In this document: positions 20,943 to 30,606 of the stretch, piece after piece | How positions within the stretch are numbered: the stretch's first letter is position 1 | How the letters are laid out: the number at the start of each line of letters is the position of its first letter | Source: Chitinophagales bacterium | GTDB lineage: Bacteria; Bacteroidota; Bacteroidia; Chitinophagales; UBA8649 | Reading direction: 5' to 3' | DNA: 64,000 bases | Assembly (NCBI GenBank): GCA_037624485.1 | Contig: JASJJC010000008.1 | Location: 7,051-71,050, forward strand | The notes under the pieces: model-generated | What the model was told of the DNA's origin: nothing | The model's database searches: none | The model's input: the letters and a program-made list of their open reading frames with translations, nothing else | Program-made: the position numbers and the translations under genes

Positions 20943-21362
20943 TTAATGAGCGGTGGTGCAAGAATGCGTGTTTGTTAAGCGATAATTGATAACTTGAGAG
21001 ATGGCAATGAGCAATGCAAAAAAAATCTCACTTGCAATGAGCCAAGCATTTAATTCATGGTGAAACAAGAAATGAATACCAAACGCACCGAATATCCCAA
21101 TAGTAAATAAGATCACCGGATACTTAAAATGATGGTGTAATGAAAATCCATGACGCATAGAGTAATATCCAAGAAAAGCAGTTGAGCCCAGCAATAGGTA
21201 TTCAATCCACTCAGGTGGATTAAAGGTCATATTAAAAATAGGCATTAGCACAATTAACAGGGGGAAGGTAATACAATGTATAAGGCATAAAGTAGACAGA
21301 AAGAGAGTTACTTTCATGCCTCTGTGCTGATGTTGGTGAGGGGCAACGGTTTTAGATTTCAT
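20943..21362 (-). CDS. MerC-domain membrane protein, His-rich
   Basis: STLCLIHC...P motif and 4 TM helices. Start moved to MKSKTVAPHQHQH (21362). Confidence 0.8.
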   Translation of the reverse strand: MKSKTVAPHQHQHRGMKVTLFLSTLCLIHCITFPLLIVLMPIFNMTFNPPEWIEYLLLGSTAFLGYYSMRHGFSLHHHFKYPVILFTIGIFGAFGIHFLFHHELNAWLIASEIFFALLIAISQVINYRLTNTHSCTTAH

Positions 21363-21381
21363 AGGCAAACAACAATGCTTA

Positions 21382-21398
21382 TTGCAATTGAGTTGCAA
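21382..21398. promoter_or_regulatory. Palindromic operator, Zur-box-like
   Basis: TTGCAA-TTGAG-TTGCAA (TGCAAC-N3-ATTGCA on the minus strand), about 20 bp upstream of the merC-like/fur operon. Confidence 0.65.
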
Positions 21399-21421
21399 AT
21401 ATCCATATTTTTTTTCACTTT

Positions 21422-22786
21422 CTAAAAGACTAGCAGAGAAAGGGTGAAAATTATGGCTCCAACGCCAAAGACCAACAAACAATAAGGAAGTATATCTTTT
21501 GCGGATAGCTGCGTGATCCCTAACAATGGAAGCGCCCAAAATGGTTGCAGCATATTGGTAAGCTGATCGCCGTAGCTCATCGCCATAATTAGTTTTTGAA
21601 TTTCCACCCCGCTTTTTGCTGCAGATTCAATAATGATTGGCGCTTGCAGCTGCCATTGTCCGCCACCACTTGGAACAAAAATATTTAAAATACCTGCACT
21701 TAAAAAAGTAAAAATGGGTAAGGTCCATTCATTAGATATGCTGACGAACATATTGGCGATCATCCCCGCTATACCGCTTCCTTGAATAATGCCCATTATT
21801 CCAAAATACAATGGGAACTGAATAAGAATTCCACTTACATCACCAATGGCTTCATTAACGGAGGCTAGAAAGTTCTTAATACTACCTTGAAGTAAAAAAG
21901 CCATGCCTAAGAGCATTAAATTAGTAGTTTGTAGATTTAGAATACTGAGAAAACCTTCGCCTGCTGAGACCTTATTCCAAGCGATAACTAAAAAATAGCT
22001 CAAGAGTATTCCTCCAACCGCGACTCCTGGCCAGAAAGAAGCCTCTAGGCTTTCTGCCGGCATACTACTAGTATTAGGAGATTGACTAGCTTTCTTAGCC
22101 ATTCGTATTCTTGGAATTGATTGACCCGAACTTTTAATCCCCAAGAAATAAAAGAAAAGAGGAATGATAACAATGATAAGGATGGTATTAAATATATTCA
22201 TGGAGCTAAAAATAGTCTCTTCAATACTTATCACGCCAATTTGATTCACGAACGTATGGCCATCTCCAGCTACAGTAATTGGGGCGGAGCCGGACAATCC
22301 ACCATGCCAAACCATCATACCCACATAAGCAGCCACCGCTACTAAAGGATAATTTAACTCCTGTTTATTTTGCTGAAATTGTTCACCTACCTTTCGCGCG
22401 AATATGGCACCAAAGATCAGGGCAAATCCCCAGTTAAAAAACGAAACAAGAATGGTCAGCAGGCTCACCAAAAAAGCAGCTCTGGCGGTCGTTGTGCAAA
22501 AGGATAATACAAAATCAATTAAACGCTTGGCTGGCCCCGATAAGGCAATTACATGCCCTAAAACTAAGATCAGCATCATATGAAATGTGAAAACTAACTG
22601 AGACGGTCTAAAAACTCCCTCAAACCATCCATTGGCTAACTCACCTGCATAAGGTATTGATTCGGAGTTACCTTTCGTTAGTGTAAATGCTAAAACAAAA
22701 CTAAGAATTGTCAACAGAAGCGCTATACTAAGCGGGCTTGGAAAATATCGTTGAAAGAAATTATTATAGACCTTAATCAATTTCAT
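21422..22786 (-). CDS. Short-chain fatty acid transporter (AtoE/TIGR00366 family)
   Basis: WHGGLSGSAP, QFPLYFGIMG, FVPSGGGQW and NMLQPFWALPLL motifs. Confidence 0.9.
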   Translation of the reverse strand: MKLIKVYNNFFQRYFPSPLSIALLLTILSFVLAFTLTKGNSESIPYAGELANGWFEGVFRPSQLVFTFHMMLILVLGHVIALSGPAKRLIDFVLSFCTTTARAAFLVSLLTILVSFFNWGFALIFGAIFARKVGEQFQQNKQELNYPLVAVAAYVGMMVWHGGLSGSAPITVAGDGHTFVNQIGVISIEETIFSSMNIFNTILIIVIIPLFFYFLGIKSSGQSIPRIRMAKKASQSPNTSSMPAESLEASFWPGVAVGGILLSYFLVIAWNKVSAGEGFLSILNLQTTNLMLLGMAFLLQGSIKNFLASVNEAIGDVSGILIQFPLYFGIMGIIQGSGIAGMIANMFVSISNEWTLPIFTFLSAGILNIFVPSGGGQWQLQAPIIIESAAKSGVEIQKLIMAMSYGDQLTNMLQPFWALPLLGITQLSAKDILPYCLLVFGVGAIIFTLSLLVF

Positions 22787-22843
22787 CTTACGAATATAAC
22801 ATACTAGTCGTGTTTAAGATAAAATTTATTAAAAAACCCCTTT

Positions 22844-23680
22844 ATGACGAGCGATGAAACCATTATTCAGTTAAACCAAACCATTGCTAATTTTCACCGT
22901 GCCGAAGCATTGCAAGATGAAGGAAAGATAGAACACGCCAAGTCCATCCTCCTAGCAGTTTTAGACACTTTTACAAAACTTAATGAAGCCGATTGGCAAC
23001 ATGCTACTAAGCTTAAACTAGGTGCACTTTATATTGAAATAGGAGAAATCGAAATTGGGTTAACCCACTACCTAAATTGTAATGATCTAGCTAACATTTC
23101 CTTATCTCAACAAGCTGAACGAAAACTGTCTAATCTTATCCTCCTGCAAAAATTTGGACGTCCTAGTGCCAATCTCAAAAAACTATTAGCCATCCTTAAA
23201 TCGCTCCATTTAAACCATTCAACTTATCTAGAAAGCTTGATAAGGGTTGTATATCTTCTTGATAAATTAAACTTGACAAAGCAACAATTTCGATTGATTA
23301 CGATGATACAAGCACATCCAATGACTGATAAATACCCGAAAATCAGAATTATGAATACTGTATGTTTAGGGAATTATTTTCAAGCCAGAGGAAGCCTAAA
23401 TATGGCCTTTATATTTTACACAAAAGCGATAGAAGCTGCTAAAAAAAATCGTTTATTTATTTTAGCTACCGAGGCTATGTTTGAACTTGCCCAGCTTTAT
23501 GTTAAAAACAATAAATTCAAAAAAGCAGAAAGTATTTTGTTGGAAGCTAGCAAATATAAGATACCTGATCAGCACAGTATAATGCTTCAAGTAAATTTTC
23601 TATTACTAGAAGTCTACCAGCACCTAGGAAAATTGATGCAAAAGTGCCAATTGGCAAAGCGGATGACTATTTCCAACTAA
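22844..23680 (+). CDS. TPR-like helical repeat hypothetical protein
   Basis: TPR-like segments (LGNYFQARG...AFIFYTKAIE; LAQLYVKNNKFKKAE). Confidence 0.6.
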   Translation: MTSDETIIQLNQTIANFHRAEALQDEGKIEHAKSILLAVLDTFTKLNEADWQHATKLKLGALYIEIGEIEIGLTHYLNCNDLANISLSQQAERKLSNLILLQKFGRPSANLKKLLAILKSLHLNHSTYLESLIRVVYLLDKLNLTKQQFRLITMIQAHPMTDKYPKIRIMNTVCLGNYFQARGSLNMAFIFYTKAIEAAKKNRLFILATEAMFELAQLYVKNNKFKKAESILLEASKYKIPDQHSIMLQVNFLLLEVYQHLGKLMQKCQLAKRMTISN

Positions 23681-24645
23681 AAAGTCAAGAGGGCACACCC
23701 CCTTATTTGTGCATGATCTATTCTTCCTATGACTTCAAAACTTCCATCATCACTCACTATTCCTAAATCTGCAGTTTCAATAAATGAGCAAGAATATATA
23801 TTGGCTAAATCGATAACTTTAAGGATCCCACTTTTATTGACTTGCATGTCACTAAAAGGCTCCCCTATGGGTCTTGTATAAACGCGCATCCATGGCGGGC
23901 AACTAAATACACCATTCTTCTTTGCATATGCTTGACTTAGCAATTCACACATCCCGTATTCCGAATAAATATCTTGTTGGTTCAGCTTACTTTTTAAGCT
24001 GTCATGAAGCTCAAATCGAGTGATTTCGACTCTTCTGCCTTTCATCCCCCCAGTTTCCATAACAATCAAATTGCTCAAGTCAAGTGGGTATTGCTCTGCA
24101 AAATCCAAAAGAGCAAAACTTGTCCCCACCAAAATTGTCTTTAACTTGGATCCATTGGCTTTTTTAAGCTTTTCAGCAAGCTTTGCATCATTGACATCTA
24201 GAAATTCACTGCCATTGGTCTTCGTGCGTTCAACAATTTCATTGATCATATATAAAAGTGAAGAGTTGGGATTCTTCTGATAGTTAGGCAATAAAGCCAG
24301 CACGCAGACTTCCTCTAAAGCGCCAAATTCAGCTTCAAAATTCAACAAAAAACTTGTTTCATAAATAGCAGGATCCACTATATAGTGATGGCTTCTATCT
24401 CCTCCAGTACCACTGCTTTTAAAGACTTTCGAAATTGATAAATTTTGGCAAAATACACGTTGTGTTTTGAATAACTCAATAGGTAAGAATGGGATTTCTT
24501 CAATGCGAGTAAGTTGATCGAATTGAAGACCAAGATGCTTAATATAATCACCATAGACTTCGTTCTCGGTCGCTTGAAAACGAAATATCTCTAATGCTTT
24601 AGCCTCAAAATCATCATCCGCTTTAAAAATATCAATAGAAGCCAT
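23677..24645 (-). CDS. LuxE/PaaK-like acyl transferase (acyl-protein synthetase family)
   Basis: IPFLPIELFK, SSGTGG, ETGGMKG, EYGMCEL and RGCALL motifs. Confidence 0.85.
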   Translation of the reverse strand: MASIDIFKADDDFEAKALEIFRFQATENEVYGDYIKHLGLQFDQLTRIEEIPFLPIELFKTQRVFCQNLSISKVFKSSGTGGDRSHHYIVDPAIYETSFLLNFEAEFGALEEVCVLALLPNYQKNPNSSLLYMINEIVERTKTNGSEFLDVNDAKLAEKLKKANGSKLKTILVGTSFALLDFAEQYPLDLSNLIVMETGGMKGRRVEITRFELHDSLKSKLNQQDIYSEYGMCELLSQAYAKKNGVFSCPPWMRVYTRPIGEPFSDMQVNKSGILKVIDLANIYSCSFIETADLGIVSDDGSFEVIGRIDHAQIRGCALLTF

Positions 24646-24688
24646 TATACTTTTTTACTCAAAAAATGGTTATTATTGCAAAGTTAGT

Positions 24689-25204
24689 ATGCAAAATATA
24701 ATTAAGCTATTTGTTGTCGGGCTGTTATTAACATTCCTCGCCTCATGTGTCTCAGAACCAGAATATCCTATTGAACCAGTGATTGGTTATGTAGGTGCCT
24801 CGAAAACTGTGGTCAATGAATTCGATAGTCTTACCCTAACTTTTAGTTTCACAGATGGTGATGGAGATTTAGGGAAAGTGCGTTCGCAGAATTCAAACTG
24901 TTCAGATTTTTGCAGCTATGAGGGAGATACTTCATGTTTCCAAGATCCCTTCTTTGCATGTTTTTTCATTGATCAAAGAGACAGTTGCTATGGCGCTTTG
25001 ACGCTTCCCAACCTTGAACCCAATGGAAATATTAAAGCAATTTCAGGTGAAATTGATATCGTGATTCCTCCAGTTTTTTGTAAATGTGGCAGCAATGCTT
25101 GTCCACCATCACAGGATGTGATCTATCAAATTATTATTTCGGATTTCGCCGGCAACTTTTCTAATCTTATTTTATCAGAGCCTATTACTATAATTTGTAA
25201 TTAG
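24689..25204 (+). CDS. Cys-rich hypothetical lipoprotein
   Basis: Lipobox FLASC, FSFTDGDGDLG motif, nine further Cys. Confidence 0.75.
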   Translation: MQNIIKLFVVGLLLTFLASCVSEPEYPIEPVIGYVGASKTVVNEFDSLTLTFSFTDGDGDLGKVRSQNSNCSDFCSYEGDTSCFQDPFFACFFIDQRDSCYGALTLPNLEPNGNIKAISGEIDIVIPPVFCKCGSNACPPSQDVIYQIIISDFAGNFSNLILSEPITIICN

Positions 25205-25207
25205 TCC

Positions 25208-25963
25208 TTACCAGATAAATGGCAGTATTGCTTTTCTTTCTTTGGGGTAATTCGGGAAATTCTCTAGATACCATTTGTGATGCGATATAGCTCTAGGGAC
25301 CAAGTTGGCGAAGGTCCATATAAAGAAAGATAAAGAAGGTAAACACCAAGTCATTATTGCAAATCCGAACCACTCAACTAATTCTCCAAACAAATTGGGA
25401 CAAGAGAGATACTTAAACAAAAACCCATTCGGAATCTTATAATTCGTTTCTCCGGGTGCTCTTAAGTTAATCAAGAGATAATCGCTGTACTGATTGATTC
25501 CAAAACCAATAACAAATAACGAGAATCCAAGAATAAACTGCCAGGATACAAACCAATCCATAGAATAAATAGCAGGATTTTTAGCCAAATAACTAGCTAT
25601 CAAATATGTATTTACCGAATTGAACAAAATAGCTGAAAGTACAATAATTACCGGCATCTTTTTCCCGGATGTATTAATCCGAAAAGGATAAATAAAAGCC
25701 CTATTGAAATAATGAACCACCCAAGCTACCACAAACACAATTACTCCTTGACTAAAATAAGCGCTGCCTTCTAGAAAAAAATAAAGGAAAAGTACTAATG
25801 CTGGCATTTCCATTAAGATCCAGCCTACTTTATTACTTACCATAGGGCCCCAATTGCTTGAGGAATGCCTGCCATACGGAGCTGTTTTAAAAAATAAAAG
25901 ATAGAAAAAAGTAAGAATTGCGATGCTTATCCAAATCCAAGTAAATGTAAAAAGTGATGGCAT
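25208..25963 (-). CDS. 3-oxo-5-alpha-steroid 4-dehydrogenase (steroid 5-alpha-reductase) family membrane protein
   Basis: APYGRH, GWILME, HYFNR, YKIP.G.LF..SCPN.FGE.VEW and NLVPRA..HH.WY motifs. Start moved to 25963. Confidence 0.88.
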   Translation of the reverse strand: MPSLFTFTWIWISIAILTFFYLLFFKTAPYGRHSSSNWGPMVSNKVGWILMEMPALVLFLYFFLEGSAYFSQGVIVFVVAWVVHYFNRAFIYPFRINTSGKKMPVIIVLSAILFNSVNTYLIASYLAKNPAIYSMDWFVSWQFILGFSLFVIGFGINQYSDYLLINLRAPGETNYKIPNGFLFKYLSCPNLFGELVEWFGFAIMTWCLPSLSFFIWTFANLVPRAISHHKWYLENFPNYPKERKAILPFIW

Positions 25964-26005
25964 AATTTTTTTTTGTCTAAAAACAAAGCTACGAATTACA
26001 CTTCG

Positions 26006-26013
26006 TATCTTTG
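26006..26013 (+). promoter_or_regulatory. Bacteroidota -7 promoter element of mnmA
   Basis: TATCTTTG 5 nt before the ATG at 26019. Confidence 0.65.
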
Positions 26014-26018
26014 TAGCA

Positions 26019-27197
26019 ATGTCGAAAAGAGTAGTAGTTGGATTGTCGGGTGGAGTAGATAGCAGTGTAGCTGCCTTCATGCTGAAAGAACAGGGTTATG
26101 AAGTTATTGCCATTTTTATGCGAAATTGGGTAGATGACGAAGTTATTATCTCTGAAGAATGCCCATGGGTAGAGGATAGTAACGATGCATTATTGGTAGC
26201 CGATAAACTGGACATACCTTTTCACGTCATCGATTTTAGCAAAGAATACAAGGAGCGAATAGTCGACTATATGTTTAGTGAGTATAAGGCAGGCAGAACA
26301 CCAAATCCCGATATCCTTTGTAATCGTGAAGTAAAATTTGATTTGTTTCTCGAAAAAGCCTTAAACCTTAAAGCCGACTTTGTAGCTACCGGTCATTATT
26401 GCCAAAAAACAATAACAACTGTTGACGGAGATGAGCTTCACCACTTATTGGCTGGAGAAGACAGCAATAAAGACCAAAGCTATTTCTTGTGTCAGTTGAG
26501 GCAAAATCAGCTAGCAAAGGCACTGTTCCCCATTGGGCATTTAGAAAAAAGCGAAGTCAGAAAAATAGCGACCGAACAGGACCTTGTTACTGCAGATAAA
26601 AAAGACTCTCAAGGTTTATGCTTTATTGGCAAAGTTCGCTTGCCTGAATTTCTGCAACAACAATTAAAACCGAAAAAGGGAAATATTATTCAGGTGTCGG
26701 CAGACCACCCTATGTATGGAAAAGATTGGGACAACGAAGATTGGCCGGAACTGGCAAAACCTTTCGCCTACGCGCTTGAGGATGGAGAAATTGTTGGTCA
26801 ACATCAAGGAGCACATTACTTCACTATAGGACAGCGTAAAGGACTTGGAGTAGGTGGAACTAAACTCCCCTTATTCGTTATTGCCACAAATACAGAAACA
26901 AATACTATTTATGTTGGACTTGGAGAACACCACCCGGGCTTAAAACGTAAAGTGCTAAAAGTTGAGGCAAAGGATATTCACTGGCTGCAAGAAAACATGC
27001 GATTAAAAGCAAATCAAACCCTCTCTTGTAAAGCACGAATCCGCTACAGACAACCCTTAAATCCGTGTATACTCATTCAAAAAAATGATGATTTGTATGT
27101 AATTTTTGATAAGTTCCAAAAAGGAATCGCAGCAGGTCAATTTGTAGCATGGTATCAAAAAAATGAACTCTTAGGAAGCGGTGTTATTTCTGCATAG
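26019..27197 (+). CDS. mnmA: tRNA 2-thiouridine(34) synthase MnmA
   Basis: [22 protein letters not shown] and DSQGLCF motifs. Start moved to MSKRVVVG. Confidence 0.96.
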   Translation: MSKRVVVGLSGGVDSSVAAFMLKEQGYEVIAIFMRNWVDDEVIISEECPWVEDSNDALLVADKLDIPFHVIDFSKEYKERIVDYMFSEYKAGRTPNPDILCNREVKFDLFLEKALNLKADFVATGHYCQKTITTVDGDELHHLLAGEDSNKDQSYFLCQLRQNQLAKALFPIGHLEKSEVRKIATEQDLVTADKKDSQGLCFIGKVRLPEFLQQQLKPKKGNIIQVSADHPMYGKDWDNEDWPELAKPFAYALEDGEIVGQHQGAHYFTIGQRKGLGVGGTKLPLFVIATNTETNTIYVGLGEHHPGLKRKVLKVEAKDIHWLQENMRLKANQTLSCKARIRYRQPLNPCILIQKNDDLYVIFDKFQKGIAAGQFVAWYQKNELLGSGVISA

Positions 27198-27202
27198 ATT
27201 GT

Positions 27203-27210
27203 TATCTTTG
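27203..27210 (+). promoter_or_regulatory. Bacteroidota -7 promoter element
   Basis: TATCTTTG upstream of 27230. Confidence 0.6.
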
Positions 27211-27229
27211 AACATTAAAACAAAATACC

Positions 27230-28462
27230 ATGAATAAGATTTTAACCTCACTTATTATATCGCTAACACTAAATTTTGCTGCTGCGAATAATTTCTTAGT
27301 GAGTTATGAAAAAAAAGCCACCTTCACGAAAGAAGAGTTAAAAGATAAATGGAAAGAAAATAAAATTAAAGAATTTATTTCTCCTGTCAAATATTCAGTG
27401 GATGTCTATGAAATAATTTACAAATCTCGCTGGCATGATGGGACCGAGGTTTTAGCTTCAGGTTTTTATTATGTCCCTTTAGCGGGTGATGAAGCACTTC
27501 CAACCATGATAATGAATCATGGAACACAACTAAACAAAGATTTTAAAGTTCGTTTAAAAGGATTGCAAGTGGGTTGCATTGCCTTTGCTACGGATGGCTA
27601 CCTTGCGGCTTTCCCTCATTACATTGGTTTAGGAAAAGGAGAAAAAAGCCATTTGTATCAAATCGCTGAAAGTGAGGCTTACTCAAATATTGATATGCTT
27701 AGAGCAATTCGAGAATTTAATAAAGAAATGGTCATAAATTCAAATCTTCAACTTTTTTTAACGGGTTATTCGCAAGGTGGCCATGCGACTATGGCGGCGC
27801 ATAAAATGATCCAAGAAGAATATAATACAGAATTCAGAGTAACTGCATCTGCTCCAATGAGCGGAGCTTACGATATGACAGGTGTTCAAGCGGGAGTCAT
27901 GTTTGAAAAATATGATCATCCAGCTTATCTCCCCTACCTCCTACTTTCTTTGGAGGAACAATACGGGATGTGGGATGGCGATATTTATGAAGTGTTCAAG
28001 GAGCCTTATCGATCTATAATAAAAGAAAAATTAAATCATAAGCATAATCTAAATGAAGTATCGAAGCTGTTACCAGAAATTCCAGCGGATATGATTATCG
28101 ATTCTATCGTCGATGAATTTAAAGACAACCCGGATTTTATTTTCACTAAAATGCTCGAAAAAAACAACAACTTCGATTGGAAACCAGAAAGTCCTATGAT
28201 GCTTTGTTACTGTAAAAATGATGAGCAGGTGACGTATAAAAATGCATTTGTGGCTCATGATGCTATGGTGGAAAATGGAGCAAAGCGAATTATTCTAAGA
28301 AGTGGCGGTGACAAATACGGTCATAATAAGTGTGCCCTATTCTCCATGATGAATACCAAATTCTTTTTTGACAGCATTAAAAATGGAAAAGAAAAAGGAA
28401 AGAAAGGAAAAGTAATGAAACGCTTTCTACTATCACTAGCCAAAATTGCAGTTAAACCATAG
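27230..28462 (+). CDS. Secreted alpha/beta hydrolase (secretory lipase-like)
   Basis: Signal peptide, HGT, GYSQGGH nucleophile elbow, DEQV, late His. Confidence 0.82.
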   Translation: MNKILTSLIISLTLNFAAANNFLVSYEKKATFTKEELKDKWKENKIKEFISPVKYSVDVYEIIYKSRWHDGTEVLASGFYYVPLAGDEALPTMIMNHGTQLNKDFKVRLKGLQVGCIAFATDGYLAAFPHYIGLGKGEKSHLYQIAESEAYSNIDMLRAIREFNKEMVINSNLQLFLTGYSQGGHATMAAHKMIQEEYNTEFRVTASAPMSGAYDMTGVQAGVMFEKYDHPAYLPYLLLSLEEQYGMWDGDIYEVFKEPYRSIIKEKLNHKHNLNEVSKLLPEIPADMIIDSIVDEFKDNPDFIFTKMLEKNNNFDWKPESPMMLCYCKNDEQVTYKNAFVAHDAMVENGAKRIILRSGGDKYGHNKCALFSMMNTKFFFDSIKNGKEKGKKGKVMKRFLLSLAKIAVKP

Positions 28463-28511
28463 GTTCTGAATAGAAAGATTAGCTGAAGTATAATTCTTCC
28501 CAATTTCTTAT

Positions 28512-28530
28512 TGAACAAATCAATTGTTCA
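28512..28530. promoter_or_regulatory. Palindromic candidate operator upstream of the photolyase operon
   Basis: TGAACAA-N5-TTGTTCA, 14 bp before the ATG at 28545. Confidence 0.55.
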
Positions 28531-28544
28531 GCGGTTTGTTATGC

Positions 28545-29234
28545 ATGAAGAATTATCTTATAATAGGAGCGTCATCAGGAATTGGTAAAGCCCTAGCCGA
28601 ACAACTGGCGCAAGAAGAAAACCAAGTGATTGGGACTTACAATCAAACAGAAATAACAAGCGATACGATAAAGTACCACCATCTTGATGTCACTCAAGAT
28701 TTTGACATAGATTTCATTCCCGAACAACTAGATGGCTTGGTGTATTGTCCAGGATCGATAAATCTCTTGCCGTTTAGAAGAATTAAACCCGAAGCATTTG
28801 TAGCAGATTATAAGCTTCAGGTTTTAGGAGCGATAAAGATTATTCAAGCAGCTTTCCCTGCACTTAGAAAGTCAGGTAACGCTTCTATCGTACTTTTTTC
28901 AACCGTAGCCGTCCAAGCAGGATTCAATTTTCATTCTCAGGTTGCTGTTTCGAAAGGCGCTATTGAAGGCTTAACCAAAGCCTTAGCAGCAGAGTTTGCC
29001 CCAACAGTGCGCGTAAACGCAATTGCTCCTTCCCTGACCGATACGCCACTAGCAGGCAAGATGCTGGATAAACCAGAAAAAAAGGAAGCTAATGCTCAAA
29101 GGCATCCGTTAAAACGAATAGGCGAAGCAACTGACATTGCCCAAACCGCCGCATTCTTACTATCCGATAAATCCTCTTGGATAACTGGACAAATCATTCA
29201 TGTTGACGGAGGAATGTCTACACTTAAAGTATAA
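28545..29234 (+). CDS. SDR family oxidoreductase
   Basis: GASSGIG, SKGAIEG, RVNAIAP and WITGQ..HVDGG motifs. Start moved to MKNYLII. Confidence 0.9.
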   Translation: MKNYLIIGASSGIGKALAEQLAQEENQVIGTYNQTEITSDTIKYHHLDVTQDFDIDFIPEQLDGLVYCPGSINLLPFRRIKPEAFVADYKLQVLGAIKIIQAAFPALRKSGNASIVLFSTVAVQAGFNFHSQVAVSKGAIEGLTKALAAEFAPTVRVNAIAPSLTDTPLAGKMLDKPEKKEANAQRHPLKRIGEATDIAQTAAFLLSDKSSWITGQIIHVDGGMSTLKV

Positions 29235-29239
29235 AGGAA

Positions 29240-29515
29240 GTGGCACATAGCGAACGAGACATAGACAGAATCATAGAAATGGCTTGGGAGGATAGAACAC
29301 CTTTCGAAGCAATCGAAATACAATTTAATATGACCGAAAAGCAGGTCATTAAATTGATGAGAAGCAACCTGCGAGAAAGGAGCTTTAAAAATTGGAGACA
29401 ACGAGTAAATAGTGGGGTAAGCCAAAAACATCTCAAAAAGAGATCCAAGGAAATTGATCGATTTAAATGCACCAGACAAAGAAGTATAAGTTTCAATAAA
29501 ATATCAAAGCGTTGA
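29240..29515 (+). CDS. TIGR03643/DUF2805 family protein
   Basis: DRIIEMAWEDRTPFEAI...SFKNWR.RV signature; GTG start. Confidence 0.85.
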   Translation: MAHSERDIDRIIEMAWEDRTPFEAIEIQFNMTEKQVIKLMRSNLRERSFKNWRQRVNSGVSQKHLKKRSKEIDRFKCTRQRSISFNKISKR

Positions 29516-30603
29516 TTTTCCCTACCTCTTATGTTGAAATTATCCAATCACTTGATGAGTTTGATCCAAAGTCTTATGCGAAAACTAGAAACTTTGGCGA
29601 TGGACAGGTAAGCCGATTGTCTCCATATATATCTCGTGGGGTTATTTCTACTCGGCAAGTATTTGAAGCGCTAAAAGCGAGAAATTATCCTTTTAAGCTA
29701 ATCGAAAAATTTATCCAAGAGTTAGCATGGCGTGACTATTGGCAGCTTATTTGGGTGGCTAAAGGTGCTGAAATAAATGAAGATTTGAAACAGCCTCAAA
29801 CTTCAGTTATTCATCGTGAAATGCCCACAAATATCGAAAATGCACAAACTAATATTAAAGTGATTGATAGTGCTATTAAAAACCTGAAAGCAACGGGATA
29901 CATGCACAATCATATGAGAATGTATGTGGCAGCAATTGTTTGCAATAATGGAAAAAGCCATTGGAAAATCCCTGCCAAATGGATGTATTACCATTTATTA
30001 GATGCTGATTGGGCTAGCAATGCCTTAAGCTGGCAATGGGTTGCTGGCGCCAACTCAAACAAGAAATACATCGCCAATCAAGATAATATTAATAAGTATT
30101 TCCATAGTAATCAACAACACACGTTTCTGGATAAAAGCTATGACGAAATAGCTGAAATGAAATGTCCTGATGTTTTAAAATCGAGCAGTTATCCTAAACT
30201 TATAACCAATCTGCCCCCAGTACAAGATTTGAAAATTGACTCTTCCCTGCCAACGTTCATCTATAATGAATATAATTTGGATCCGAAATGGCGAAAAGAG
30301 ACTGAAGGCAATCGAATCTTACTTTTAGATCCAAAGAAGTTTAGTGAATTACCTATGTCCCCACTCACTATAGAATTTTTAATAAACCTAAGTAAGAACA
30401 TTCCATCGCTTCAAATATATACAGGCAGCTATTCCCAGATGCGAAAAACGTATCAAATGGATGTCATCTATTATAAAGAACATCCCTTAAATACAGACTA
30501 TCAGGGAAATATGGATTCACGTGATTGGCTTTCATCAATCAAGGGATACTATCCATCATTTTTTGCATTTTGGAAAAAGTGTAAAAAAGAAATTAAATAT
30601 TAA
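29512..30603 (+). CDS. Photolyase-family FAD-binding protein with N-terminal catalytic domain (inverted, NewPHL-like architecture)
   Basis: Y...RN...VSRLSPYI, F.QELAWRDYW, GYMHNHMRM, LLDADWASN.LSWQW start near residue 20; short alpha/beta domain at the C-terminus. Confidence 0.85.
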   Translation: MIFPTSYVEIIQSLDEFDPKSYAKTRNFGDGQVSRLSPYISRGVISTRQVFEALKARNYPFKLIEKFIQELAWRDYWQLIWVAKGAEINEDLKQPQTSVIHREMPTNIENAQTNIKVIDSAIKNLKATGYMHNHMRMYVAAIVCNNGKSHWKIPAKWMYYHLLDADWASNALSWQWVAGANSNKKYIANQDNINKYFHSNQQHTFLDKSYDEIAEMKCPDVLKSSSYPKLITNLPPVQDLKIDSSLPTFIYNEYNLDPKWRKETEGNRILLLDPKKFSELPMSPLTIEFLINLSKNIPSLQIYTGSYSQMRKTYQMDVIYYKEHPLNTDYQGNMDSRDWLSSIKGYYPSFFAFWKKCKKEIKY

Positions 30604-30606
30604 GAC

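Noticed and set aside
20943-21539. Mercury-resistance operon and the 198-aa long form of the MerC-like ORF
   Set aside because: No merA/merR. The N-terminal extension overlaps the AtoE-family gene and the operator, so start 21362 is preferred.
23677-24645. Bioluminescence (lux) locus
   Set aside because: Stand-alone LuxE-like gene; no luxAB, luxC or luxD in the window.
25923-26080. Apparent head-to-head overlap of mnmA and the steroid reductase gene
   Set aside because: Artefact of longest-ORF starts; starts at 26019 and 25963 leave a normal divergent gap.
29198-29547. Two antisense ORFs (93 and 107 aa) over the DUF2805 gene, representative of many short shadow ORFs in the track
   Set aside because: They overlap well-supported genes on the opposite strand or frame and have no recognisable motifs.
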